A DNA stretch of 63,239 nt, counting the filler, from Choristocarpus tenellus KU-1152 (taxonomy: Eukaryota > Protista > Phaeophyceae), in the NCBI GenBank assembly GCA_964200185.2. It is 12 parts of 12 records of this genome, joined end to end, with 100 filler letters (N's around TTAATTAATTAA, not from the genome) between each part and the next. Parts side by side here need not be neighbours in the genome. Positions count along the whole stretch, not along the records: positions 19,066 to 26,766 come from CAXNAD020005727.1; positions 26,867 to 32,437 come from CAXNAD020010386.1; positions 32,538 to 36,097 come from CAXNAD020019260.1; 9 more parts are not named here. One strand, given 5' to 3'. The translations under genes and the position numbers were made by a program. Under the pieces are notes generated by a model. That model saw only the letters and a program-made list of their open reading frames with translations. It ran no database searches and had not been told where the DNA came from. Positions 23,790 to 36,197 of this stretch are shown piece by piece (positions within the stretch are counted from its first letter, which is position 1; every line of letters begins with the position of its first letter).

Positions 23790-25796
23790 GGTCACAACAC
23801 AGTCCTTGGGGTGTGAAAAGAGAGAGCGCTCAAAATTGTCACCACAAACAACATACATACACTTAGACAAACCAAGCCTCTCATATGGTGGCACAGAAAC
23901 ATTTATGGTTCCTGTATTGTCACACCAACTCACTGTCGAGGTAGATGGGCCAAACGCAAAATCCGATCACGTTGGCAACAAAGAGTCCAGGGCCATTTGC
24001 AGTGTGTAGGGCAACCTGTCCAACCACTTGGACCATGACACTTGCAAAAAACACGAACCAGGAAGCTAACTGGAAGGTGAACATGCCTTCATCTTTTATC
24101 CCATTGCCATTAGTTTTCCCGCGTGCAGTCATGTACAAACCAAGGAGTATATGGCTGATTCCAATGGCAACGCTTGACTCGGGGAAGAGCACAAAGTACG
24201 GACCACATGCTACTGGGGCAGGCAGCTGTCCATTGCCAAAGTTATTGATGATGAACGCACCTAGGCAATGGAAACACGGGCGGGACAGACATTGGAGTCG
24301 CCATCAACATGGGAGAAAGAGTGTTGCACGTTCACAAACTCTTCACCATAGTTGTGTGACTTGCAGGGTGCTGGTTGACTGCAATTTGGTACCTGTAAGA
24401 ATTACCACAACATTTGACACTCTTCCACTCTTCTTGCTGTACCGCAAGCCACACCAGCAACAAATTGCATTTCAATAATGCGAGAAGGATAAGTTGGAGG
24501 GTATGGTGCTCACCAAACGCCAGCTGAGCAATGCCTTCCATGATTACGATGGTCCCGTAGTACAGTTGTCTTGAGAGGTAGTACCCAGCGTTATACACAT
24601 ATGATTCACCGCTGTAGAACTTCCAATTCTTCCAGTGGAGGAAAGTCAGAGCGCCTGCATCCAGCAGTAGGTGGGGCGGTGGGACGTTACTACTATCAAT
24701 ATTTTTTCGGGTTTGGTGGTAATGAGTGGAGACTCAACTTCCTTTTGTTCTTTTGCCTAGGTGATGCATAAGAGGATATTAGTATCTACAATGAATGCAG
24801 GAGTAGGTGGGGTGGGATTGAAGGACTGAAAAGAGCTCAATAAGGCTCAATAAAACTCAACTTACCGATGACCTAGTGACGTGCAGCGAGCCCCAGTTAC
24901 CACAATTGGACGAGCGTTGTACATGAACGACCCATGAGCAATAAAAAAGTGGCACACGGAATAGCGTGCAAATAAATACATCGTTAGTATCATCAAACGA
25001 CTTCAACCGAACATTATAGACCTCCATACAGATCGCAAAATTATATCACATTTAACATCAACTTGAAAACATGTACGGCATGAAGACCGCGATATTCCAG
25101 GGTATTTTCACCAGCTCACCGTGCCAGCGTAGCCATAGAAACCGATGATCCCAAGGGTGGCGATAGCATTGATCTGTTTGAAACACAACAGGCAAGTGGG
25201 ATGTGGAAGGTAGGTGAGGGAAGCATGTATAATAACTTGGCACTGATTGAGAGGTGTTCTCGTGCCACATTTGTATGCAGCTATTTCCACGTCGATTTCA
25301 ACGGCAGATATCGTCACCACCCATCGCTGGCTATAGATCTCACCTCTGCTCTGGTGGGACTATAAGCGTCAGGAGGAATCACCAAAGGTGGTGCCGCTGT
25401 CAGTTCCTTGTCCGCATTGAATATAATGTTGACGATGGTTGCCGCGAACGGAAACCATGCTGCCATGGTGATCATCAAGCCAAAAGTAGAGGTGAGCTTA
25501 CTTCCCCATCGGCAGACGGTGTACTGGAAACCGATGAAGATGGATGTCATTCCGAAGACAACTCGAATGATATTGCCAATCAGAACGACGATGGGAGGAA
25601 AGACCAAGTCGGATCCATTCCAGTCAACGTCTTCTGCAGATGATCCGATAAGGTCTACGACAGCGGGAACGAACGCTAGGATCCCGAACAAAAGAATCAT
25701 CCCAGATGTCTGAGACATGTCCTCCATCATGTTCCTTGCACCAGGACTGATCTTGTTGTCCAGGCGAGGCTCGCCGAAGGCTGTTACAACAGACAT
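23189..25796 (-). CDS. Multi-pass membrane protein of unknown function, 350 aa; exons 25796-25344, 25173-25120, 24872-24866, 24654-24514, 24260-23934, 23259-23189
   Basis: All introns are GT-AG; exon lengths 453+54+7+141+327+71=1053 nt give one stop-free frame. Protein MSVVTAFGEPRLDNK...YAGT-VIG-ALTFLHWK...YYLSRQLYY...AQLAFGAFII...WPIYLDTMGHTTPKVITEEVFAANKGQMA*, with about 8 hydrophobic segments. Confidence 0.85.
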
Positions 25797-27065
25797 GTCA
25801 CCCACCCTCACTCTCAACCAGCGCTACAAGTAGTAAGTACTCTGCCAATACTCTGGATATATGACCAAGACGCACTGGTGGCAACACTCCTTAACTCAAT
25901 AGGTAGCGAATGCAAGTGAATGCTGTCCTGAAGTTGTGTGTGGGAAAGGTGGGAAAGGTCGGGATGTTGTCGTTGGTGGTCGGGGCCCGGTGTGTCGGGT
26001 CATTGTCATTATTATTCTATTGTGTGGACAACATTATCGATTAACGTTGTAATACTCGGAAAGACGTACAATTCCCTAGAACAATCAATAACACTAAACA
26101 GAGGGCATAACAATATAAATATCACTAAACTGTGAAACTGGTACATTTTTTTTTAGGGATATCTAACCAGTCACCACTGCTCTTACACGTACAAAAATAT
26201 TCTGGTGACACCTCTACAAAATGTCCGAGAACAAAAGCAATATATATTATTGTGTAGTAGTCATTAATGTAGTATTCTTTGGTACAGTATTGTAGTGTTG
26301 TGAATGAAATAAGTGTCGGTCTTTACACCTTCTACGGATCATGGTTTAGTATACCATTGTTCACTAGTACAAGGGGTACAAGGGTGGTGAAGAGAATCAC
26401 TTGGGAAGACGGACCAGACGGACAAGACGAACTGTAACCGAGAGGACCAGGTTAAGGTTTCACAAGTGCAAGACTGAAATAACTTGAAGGAAAATGTGTG
26501 GAACCGAAGAAGTGGGGAGGATCACGATTCGGAAGGGTTTTGAGAAAAGGAACCTTTCAGAGTTCGTTCTCTTCTTGCTTCCTTCTTTTACTTTCCACTA
26601 TACCCTCCCTTATGTCCCGTGCCCCCAGCCAACTAGAATTCTTCCGCCCACAAAACTCAGATTACTTCATAAACTTTCAATTTGTCTGTTCTTATACCGT
26701 TAGTGCCGTATGCCATATACTGTCATACCGATTGAGGTTGTGTTCTGAGAACTTCGGTTCGACTGTNNNNNNNNNNNNNNNNNNNNNNNNNNNNNNNNNN
26801 NNNNNNNNNNTTAATTAATTAANNNNNNNNNNNNNNNNNNNNNNNNNNNNNNNNNNNNNNNNNNNNCCCCCCAAGATACTTTGACCCTCGTGCTTGTTAG
26901 AAAGTGTCAATACCCTTGTCTTAGACACACCTTCTTCATAACCTGTACATTTTACCTACTCCAAAACATTTCGGAGTAGGTAAAATGCAATAAAAAATCC
27001 GTGGGAAGTCAAGCCCCAAATGGACAAACAGGGAAAAAATCATACCCTCTAAGATACTTTCACTC

Positions 27066-28223
27066 GGCCTGGTCATGTTGCTGACCCATATCAACCCTCC
27101 AAACGCCTTTCGGAAGGGCCAATCCTTTGAGACATTGTCCCACTCCCTAATTCCAAGATTTCTGGAAGGGGCTGCAGGGATGGGAGTGGTTGATTGGATG
27201 GGAAAAACGTTCACACAAGTTGTCAATGCAATTAGTATGGGTAATGGAAAGGGTACCACGCTTCCAATCTGTTGTGTAAGCGCAACCAGAAAACTGAGAC
27301 TATAAGGTCGAGGTTTTTGGTTGGGAACTCTTCATTTAGGGAGGCACAAAGATCATTGCAATCATCTCCGGACGCCAAAACCATTATATCATCTACATGA
27401 ACGGCAAGCATCATCTTGACAACACCATCCCTCCTGAGTCTAAATATGCACGGGTCAATCAGACACTGCTCAAAACCATTGAGCTTTAGGGTGGAAACCA
27501 CCTTGGTATTCCTTGCTTTAAACCATACAGGGACCTGTGAAGGCGTACTGTTGCAGGTGAATAGTGCGGGCATTTCTTCTCGAGTTCTAACAGGCGCGAG
27601 CAGTATACGAGATTAGTAGCGCATAGGTAGCCTTACAGAATAAATGCTGATTCCTTAGAAGATCCAGAGTAAGATTCGTAATGCATACGTAGTCTTACAG
27701 AAGAAACGTCAAAGTTCCAGAATAATGGTTTACGGTTGGTGTATTTATACAGCAGTTTGCAGATGTCTATTACCATAGAAGACCAAAGAAAATACAGAAT
27801 AATGGTTTATTGTTGGTGTATTTATACAGCAGTTTGCAGATGTCTTTTACTATAGAAGATCAAAGAAAATGGGTGGGTGATGAAAATAATGAAAAGGGCT
27901 TTTGGTCACAATCCATCACCCCTCTTTAACAGTCTTTGATCTTGAACGAAACATTGAGTCGAGCTTATAGCTAGACACTGAGTGGAGTATCGAGAGAAAG
28001 CTGTCTGACACACCAAGAGACTGTTACCAAGGGCAACGCTCCCATAGCGTCGTTTTAAGGTCGTTGTATTTGAGTAGTACATCCTGTGGAGGTGAGTTCT
28101 GGAGCGTGCTGTAACAGTACTGTCGTATAGGAGAGATCTCCACATCCCTCTCGGAGGAGCATGTACACTTCCTCATCCAAGTCAGATTGAACAAACACCT
28201 GCTTCACATCTAGGTGCCACAAT
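27066..28223 (-). mobile_element. Second copy of the copia RT family seen at 12.5-13.5 kb, interrupted by solo LTR X and bounded by MITE A copies
   Basis: Near-collinear with 12536-13470 (LAVHVDDI, GFEQCLIDPCIF, HLDVKQVFVQSDLDEEVYM). Confidence 0.9.
27549..28116 (+). mobile_element. Solo LTR (family X) with 4-bp TSD
   Basis: TGTTGCAG...CTGTAACA flanked by GTAC (27545-27548/28117-28120); internal ~78-bp tandem duplication at ~27719-27870. Confidence 0.9.
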
Positions 28224-28482
28224 GAGTCAAAGTAACTTAGAGAGTAGAGCCGCGTCCATTTGGAGGCCAAAATCCAATATTGTGATATTGATGTAATTTT
28301 GGCTATCGTAATTGTTAGGAGATGTCAATATCCTTGTTCCGGACACATCCTTTCATAGTGTATACATTTTACCTACTCGGAAATATTTTGAAGGAGGTAG
28401 TACGTCATTTAACACCCGTGGGATGTCAAACCCCAAATGGACAAACAGGGCAAAACTCGTACCCTCTAAGATACTTTCACTC
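28224..28482. mobile_element. MITE family A (~260 bp); other copies ~26896-27065 (partial), 35389-35645, 36533-36788, 50021-50279, 53236-53496, 54013-54268, 55780-56038, 59000-59258, 62797-63055
   Basis: TIR GAG(C/T)(C/G)AAAGTATCTTAGAGGGTA; inner IR GTCCATTTGGGG/CCCCAAATGGAC; internal hairpin CCTACTCC...GGAGTAGG. TSDs: GTCT (36533 copy), AAGG (54013), AGT (55780), ACA (59000). Confidence 0.95.
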
Positions 28483-28639
28483 AGTAGTTGAATTCAAATC
28501 AACAAAACCTATACATATTCCATTCATATTTCTGATGTACTTTCTCATTAGTTATATCACATGGACTTGATCAAAATGACCATCTCTCATACAAAAAATA
28601 AGGTACACCTCACAATTGTCCTATTTTGCACACTCCCCC
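28483..28639 (-). mobile_element. Truncated 3' LTR (family Y) with polypurine tract
   Basis: Minus strand reads GGGGGAG|TGTGCAAAATAGG...; matches 13243-13395. Confidence 0.8.
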
Positions 28640-29654
28640 ATGAGAGTGCAGGCATTGAAAGAGTTGCTGGAACTCTCAAACCTAAAATATCTTATTGTGC
28701 ACACTCCCATTCTGCACACTTCCCCATGAAAAATGGAATTAAAAGACGTCAGATTGGTTCAATTCTCACACACATCACATTTATCTTGTCAACGCAATAA
28801 AAGAAAACTGATTGCTTGAACTCAAACATACGTCATTCATCTAGTCAACACTGTGGACGTACAATCGAGTCCCATGATGACCCCTCGCTTAATTTATGGT
28901 TAAAAACTTGAACCAGCCCCCTTTTGCTGTTTCTCTTGTTGGACGTAGCACTCACTCCCCCAGGCTTGAAGCCTATTATAATTGAATGCCTTGTACATCC
29001 TCTTGTTGAGTGAACTCTTTTGCTAACAACCTTCCTCGCCAGGGTGCCTCTGATAGGGAAGATGGTTCTTGATGGTCTGGAGTAGATAATATTTACTTAC
29101 AAGACTTACAAGTCTTGTACAAGCAGCCCTTTGCTGACAAGCTTCCTCTGGTTTTCTTTTCTGGCTCCAACCCTGGTCCTGCTAATTCCTCCGCCTGTTA
29201 AGACGGTGTCGCTCTCCTCTGGTGACAAACGATCTGAAGGTTTCCTTTACCTCCACAGTTGTAGCATATTCCTTCAAAAGAACAAGGACCAATATGCTTG
29301 ATCAGACCACAGTTTAAACATCTTCTGTTGGTCCTGATCTTTGTTGTAATATGGTCTGTACGTTGACCAGTTGTACCTTGGCCACCTCTTCCGCTAACCT
29401 TCGGTGTTCTCTTCCATGAGTTTATGGTCCCAGCGGCTAGAGTGCTCCCAGGCTCCCCACAGTTAGCTCCTCCTTTCCTTTCTGGTGGAGGATTAGTTAC
29501 TCCTCCTGCTAATGTCCTGCTTCCCTAGTGGTAGATACAGTAATTGCTTTTCCCATTCCGTAAGCAAGAATCTTGGGGTCTCCAATCGATGGGCGTGCCC
29601 CCTTCAGGGAAAAGTGCTGTGACGACTGCTCTAGGTCCATAGGCAGATTCTTGT

Positions 29655-29655
<1 letters not shown>

Positions 29656-29697
<42 letters not shown>
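29656..29697 (+). repeat. (GGCTCA)7 hexamer microsatellite
   Basis: Direct reading. Confidence 0.95.
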
Positions 29698-29698
<1 letters not shown>

Positions 29699-29927
29699 AT
29701 TGCAGCTCCGGGTACATCGCCTTGATTAACTCCGTCATCTTGTCCCAGGGTCCCACTGCTGAATACTCGGCATGGCATACCACAGGTACCCAAAGTATCT
29801 TCTTGACCTCCAGTTCTTGCTTGTTATCGATCGTACCATATCTCATGTCTCCTTAGCCTTCGGCTTCCATTTGTGTCGAAGGTGCAGGTCGACTTTGTTG
29901 GGATGACGATGATGATACTATTCTGAC

Positions 29928-32133
29928 AGAAGCTACCACGGAGTGCATATAAGTATTGACATTATATCATGATCAACCTCTTTGTATGAATATCTCAGTC
30001 GTGTCCGAGATATCGTTTGTTGCGATCTGCCCCCCCACACACACACCCTGTCAGATACGCCGATCTGCATTTATCTATTTTCTCGGGCAAGTTGTTGGAC
30101 TTGTAACACATCAGAGTGGGCGAACAGGGCAAGGGGTAGGTGGGAAGCGGTCGCAGGACATATGCTGCAGGCAGTAGTGAGCAACATGTTGCTGTCGACA
30201 GAAAAACCACAAGGGATAAAAAAGATCAACAGCGAAAAGATCAACAATTGGCCGACTGACGATGAATCAAACAAAGGAAACTCAGTAACAACTTGGTAGA
30301 TCAGAAGAGTCATCAGGCGATCATGGAACAACGACAACACCTCATCACCCACCGTTGGCAATTAGCCTCTCTTTTGCTTGGTTGAACTCCATGTAGACCC
30401 ACATCATGCAAGCGCGTTCAGGATCAAACTCTCTCTTCAGCACCGTTATTGTATGGTTTCCGTCCAGTGTATGTCCTTGAATGGCAAGCGCGGTTTCGGC
30501 GGTGAGCTGGTCCTCATTACCTAAAGAGTCTCGTTGGATTACCACAGATGGAGCAAACTTCTCCAGCCAGTCTTTCTCGTGGATAGACTTGCTGACGCGC
30601 GCAAGGCCACGCTCGCTCAGTGGATGCACCATCTCCGTGCATGTGATGTTGCCGAGTTCCATCGGGTACGTGCCGAGGTAATGATGTTCTAGGAGCGAGG
30701 ACATGCCCTTCAGATCGCTGTCCCACGTTCTCGATCCGTGGGCAGCGCCATCGGCGGGCGGGTGGGTTGTTGTTAAGCGAATGCTGGACATGGCGAAGGT
30801 TGTCATTCGGTCCTCAAAACTCAGATTTGTCTTTCCCTTGACAATTGTGTTATAAAAAGTACGAATATCGAACAGCATACGATTTCATATTGGAAAGAGA
30901 CAGAGAGTAACAGGCTTTTGTGACCTTTTCGTTTCGTACCTTTTAAACGTATTGGATCAATGAAGGATGTGGTTTATAATTGTATTTGTTGATGTAAAGA
31001 CTAGAATATTATTATATTTCGGTGCTGCTTTATTTCATCTGGTCGGTCGGTCCTCAAAACTCAGATTTGTGTTTCCGTTGACCATTGTGTTATAAAAAAT
31101 ACAAACATCAAAGAGCATACGATTTCATATTGAACTGGGACAGAGAGTACCTGTATTTTTGTGACCTTTTCGTTTCGTAGGTTTCAAACGTATTAGATCA
31201 ATGAAGGATGTGGTTTGTATCCGTATTTGTTGATGTAAAGATTAGAATATCATTCTAATTTTGTAAAAACATAACGCATGTGTGTTGGGTGTTCAACGGT
31301 AATCAAGATCAGCGCTAATCTTGAATACCATAGATCCACTTTTTTGTGGTCTCTAGTGTTTATTTAAATACTAAAGACGCCAAAAAGCGGATTTAGTATT
31401 CGAATAAATAGTGGGTACCAGTTGGAAAGACTTCTTTTAGTTTCTGAAAATTGGAAACATGAGACTCATAAAGTGCGTTCTTGGTATTTTTAAAAACCCT
31501 AAGAACGAACAGTTAACACTGGATTTACTCTTTAAGAAAACCCTAACGCACGGGGAAAATTGATCCTTGGATATTCGTGATTAGCGCTGATCAGTTTGAC
31601 CTAAAAACCACTTTTGATCGCCTCAACAGTTTATGACAATCCATATGTCCAATTTGGTAAGATTTTGTACTTCAATTATGTAGAGGGTTAGAGTTGTTGT
31701 TTGACGTTTTGGTTACTGAACATTGGAAACATACAAGATCAATGAAGTATGTGCTTTGTATTTTAAACAATTTGTAAGTACGGATATAATTGGATTTACA
31801 ACTTCCTAAAACCGTAATGTACGGATTTTCAGGATCATGGGTCTCATGGTGGTCCGACGGATCGCTCGGATCTTAAACAAAGTTCATACGCCCGGCTTCG
31901 AATTTCATCACTCCTAGACCTTCTCACTGCCCAAGACTTCCTGTTGCCCGAAAACACCATGACAAGTCCAACAACTTGCCCGAGAAAATAGATAAATGTA
32001 GATCGGTGTATCTGACAGAGTGGGGGGGGGGCAGATCGCAACAAACCATATCTCGGGCATGACTGAGATATTCGTACAAAGAGGTCAATCATCATATAAT
32101 GTCAATACTTATATGCACTCAGCGGTAGCTTCT
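29928..32133. mobile_element. 2.2-kb element with ~180-bp terminal inverted repeats; no transposase recognised
   Basis: 29928-30104 is a close reverse complement of 31962-32133 (AGAAGCTACC..GAGTGCATATAAGTATTGACATTATAT...CTCGGGCAAGTTGTTGGACTTGT). Internal tandem duplication ~30807-31012/~31047-31253. Confidence 0.85.
30345..30878 (-). CDS. Hypothetical 177-aa cargo ORF inside the TIR element (true start may be MTTFAM)
   Basis: Stop-free, complex composition, GC-richer than the rest of the element; no recognisable motif. Confidence 0.4.
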   Translation of the reverse strand: MLFDIRTFYNTIVKGKTNLSFEDRMTTFAMSSIRLTTTHPPADGAAHGSRTWDSDLKGMSSLLEHHYLGTYPMELGNITCTEMVHPLSERGLARVSKSIHEKDWLEKFAPSVVIQRDSLGNEDQLTAETALAIQGHTLDGNHTITVLKREFDPERACMMWVYMEFNQAKERLIANGG

Positions 32134-34281
32134 TCTTCTACTTGGTGACGATAGCAATATTTGATAAACAATTTAATAACATGGGAAAATAACACTTCTT
32201 ATCAGTCAGTCAACCATCCATAATGACGATGAAACAGCGCCCCGAAAAAAACTACTTCGAAGTACTATTTTTTTCTACCACTTCCACCATCGACAGTCAA
32301 ACGACTCCACACTAATTATTCTAGCAAGCAATCCAACGCAGGGTGTACATGTGCACGACGATCAAACGAAATCATTGCCGCCCCACACACACTATCCTAC
32401 TACCACCTTCAGCATGGATAAACATACAAAAAGGGACNNNNNNNNNNNNNNNNNNNNNNNNNNNNNNNNNNNNNNNNNNNNTTAATTAATTAANNNNNNN
32501 NNNNNNNNNNNNNNNNNNNNNNNNNNNNNNNNNNNNNCCCCCCTCCCAGATACTTTGGGTCAGTAGACGTGTCACCTTGTGAAGAAGGGTTTTCGAGGAT
32601 GTTTTAACTCTGGATACATGGCATCCAGTTGTGCATCAGGTACACTTCATGCAGAAGGAGCTCGATATCTTAAGTGAGGGGCAATACAAAAAAATCAACA
32701 TCTTGCATACAACTGATGGTTCTGATGGGAAAATTTAAAAAGAAACAAAGAAACAAACTTGAATCAGTATCTGTGACATAGCATATGGCACATACTATGC
32801 CTTTATGTTTGATAGGTGGCAACTGTTCCTTGCTTCCCATGCACCATGATGTTCTAACAGCAATTGATGATGCTATCTATGATGAGGTGCCAATGATGTA
32901 AACGGGAATAACGACAAGTACCGATGTGCGAATCAACAGTCAGTATGGAGTGGTAGTATTGTATCGTATCAAGAACACAAAAGATGAGTAGCCTATGTTT
33001 TAACAAGTCTTTCGATGTCAGTGCCCTATTCCAGTGTTACTGTGATTTTGCGTATGTATTAATTTGTGCTAATAGATGCAAAGGGGGAAAGCCTCTCTGT
33101 GACAGTATCCTACCATTTCAATTGTGATTGTGGTATATTTCTATCTGTATTTGTTTATATTTTCATAGTTCGTAAGGAGGGAGAGCCTTCCTATCATAGT
33201 ATGGCAGTACCCTAATTCTTTGTGACTGTGACACATTATTTTTCCGTCTGTATTTTTAGTTGTGAAGGCGGACAGTCCCTTTATGACAGTACCCTACTTG
33301 ACATGAGTGTGAGACACTGACTGGTGTGTAGGTTGTTTTCTCTGGAATGTTGAGTTAAATGCAGTGTGAGTGCAGTGAGGTACGAGTGCCACACTAGCAT
33401 ATCTGCTGTCAGGGGAAATGTTGGAAGGGGGGGTTTCCTCCGGGTTTCCTCCTCCACTGGATCCCCAACGCTGCTTACTGATACGTTAGGACCTGGAAGT
33501 GACACCCATTTGATTTCTGCTACGTTTATAACAGGATAAGGAGTGACATTTCATTTCCTTGTCCAATCGCTTATCGCATTGGAGCAGCTATGCTTCATGC
33601 GTAGGGGGCATGTCGCAGGTGATGTGTGTTGATGGCGCTTTCATAGCGCCATTATGACCTTGAAGTCCTACATTTTGTATATTGGTGCTTCTTGACTATT
33701 CCAAGTATATTTTTATTTATTAGTCATTATGAGGTTATACACTTAGTGCAAACGGTTGTTCAGCCCTATTTATACACCAATGAAACACTAAAGTAGATAT
33801 ACAACATGTTTGACATCATATCGATCATGGTGCCTTCTATGGTTTTGATCATCCACATACAGCCTTGTGGATTGGAGCTACACTTTCCATCGTGGTAAGG
33901 CTTGGGGAGTATTTTGTACATTTACAACCAAACGTCGCGGCAATCCGTCTAGAATAGGTCAAAAAGTAGAGCTTTCTACATGATGTTTGATGCGATCCTC
34001 ACCAAAGAGCCCTTTGGAGGAGGAGAGGAGATGACAGCGCATGTGGTGCCGAACAGAAGGGGCCAGATGGAGCTGCTATTTATTTTTACATCCATACCCC
34101 GAAGAATGGACCTCTCATAAAGTTGAATGCCTTGGTGAAAATGACTTGGTGTCATTTGGTGACCCAAGTGATAGGGGTACCACATGTGATTCCACACTTA
34201 CTCCTGTGTTGGCAACTCCAGCTGTTGGTGTTGCTGGCGAAGGTATAGAGACTGGGATGCCTCCATCCCATTCGCGTGGTA

Positions 34282-34902
34282 CCAGACGACATGGTGGGGC
34301 TCCGCTACTCGTTTTGGTCACAGTTGCAACACACCACCTGAGCCGTCTAAGAGAACATATGTTCGAGGTGTGTAGGAAGTTCAGGTGCCAACACGGTGGC
34401 ACAGGGTGAGAGATGCCACAAGAAGCACATTCACAGCGCAGGGTACATGTGAGAGAACATTATGGTATTTGTAGGCTGCAGCAGGCATCAACTATTGTAG
34501 AGATCAATCTCCAACAGACATTGGAACATTTATCTGTAGAAGATCCGCACGAAATAACAGTAGTCAAGCTTCCCAACTGTGCCTGCTATGAGGCAGCCAT
34601 TGTCCTTAATGAGTCCTGGAGTGGTGTGCAGGTACTTCAAGCTGCTTGCTGTGCAGAATCCTGCAGGGCACTCTATCCGGAGGGACTAATGAAACTTTAC
34701 TCAACACCTCGTACGTGGACACCTTGGTTAGGAATGCCTGATGCAGCCCACAAATACCATAATGTTTTCTCGCCTGAGTCTTGCTCTGTGAATGTTCCCC
34801 TGAACATCCTACACACCTCGAACATATGTCCTCTTTGACGGCTCGGGTGGTGTGTTGCAACTGTGACCAAAAGACGTAGTGGAGCTCCACCGTGTCGTCT
34901 GG
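34282..34902. mobile_element. ~620-bp foldback/TIR element
   Basis: Outer IR ~105 bp (CCAGACGAC.TGGTGG.GCTCC.CTAC...GTTCGAGGTGTGTAGGA.GTTCAGG); inner IR ~34452-34488/~34733-34770. No TSD seen. Confidence 0.75.
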
Positions 34903-36197
34903 AGAGTTTGGCGACCTGCAATCAATCATGTCATGGTCAGGAGGGAGAAGTGTGTAGTTTGTCTTTGATAGATGCTTCCTATTTGATGAAAAAGGACAAT
35001 TAATTGATGGTTACTATCTAGTTGGTATACTCGCCCAAAGTTTTTTAAGTTAATACTAACACAATCAAATATGTATGTCACCCTGATACTTCTTACTAAA
35101 ACTCTAGGTGATTTTGAATTGTATGCAAAATGGACGATAAACAAAAACAGGCATAAACTCACTTTCCTCATTTCATGTCCATGCCCGATATGGATGGCAA
35201 CAAGTCTGTTACCCCTCCTGTTCTATACCACACATGCAGCCACATGCTCTGTGTTTTGGTTTAACGACTCCTTACTCTTTTGCACCAATCCTACCTGCTA
35301 CCTAGGACCAACTCACCTCTTCAGTTCAGCCCTCTAGTTAAATTAGTAAATCTGAACACCCCAGGTTAGCCTCTGCTTTGGACCAATTGAGTGAAAGTAT
35401 CTTAGAGGGTACGAGTTTTGCCCTGTTTGTCCATTTGGGGCTTGGCTTCCATCCGGCTATTAAGACATTTTCCTTCTCCAAAATATTTCGGATTAGGTAA
35501 AATGTATACGTCATGAAAAGATGTGTCCGGACCAAGGACATTGACGCTTCCTAACAAACACAATAGACAAAAATACATCGAAATCGCAACATTGGATTTT
35601 AGCCCCCAAATGGACGTGACTCTACCCCCTAAGATACATCGACTCCAATTTATCTTCTTATGCTCCTTGCTCATCGTATATTAGGAGGCAAAAAAAAACT
35701 CTGTGGTCAGGACCAATTGTTCCTCTTCTGCTCTGTGCTCCGGTTTAAGCCAGGTAAAAGATCACTCCCGCGCTCCCCCACAATTTGGATCAACTCTTTA
35801 ATCTCATGGTGCCCATTAACTTGAAGACCCCTCATGGGCTCCTGTGATTCCATTTTATTATCGCGTCCATTGACAAACGTAGGGGTGCAACTGCCCCCCA
35901 GTCTTCACATATGGCCCCCATGATCAAACGAATTCTCAAACCACCCACCCTCTTTGCACCTCATCTCCCAGCACAATATAGGGGATATAGGGGGTCCCTC
36001 CACAGACTGTTGCCACATCAGTTGAGGTGTTTAGTTGGGACTGGTTTACATGTCGAAGGATACTTGCAGGTTCCGAAAGGAACCAGAACAGCGAGGANNN
36101 NNNNNNNNNNNNNNNNNNNNNNNNNNNNNNNNNNNNNNNNNTTAATTAATTAANNNNNNNNNNNNNNNNNNNNNNNNNNNNNNNNNNNNNNNNNNNN

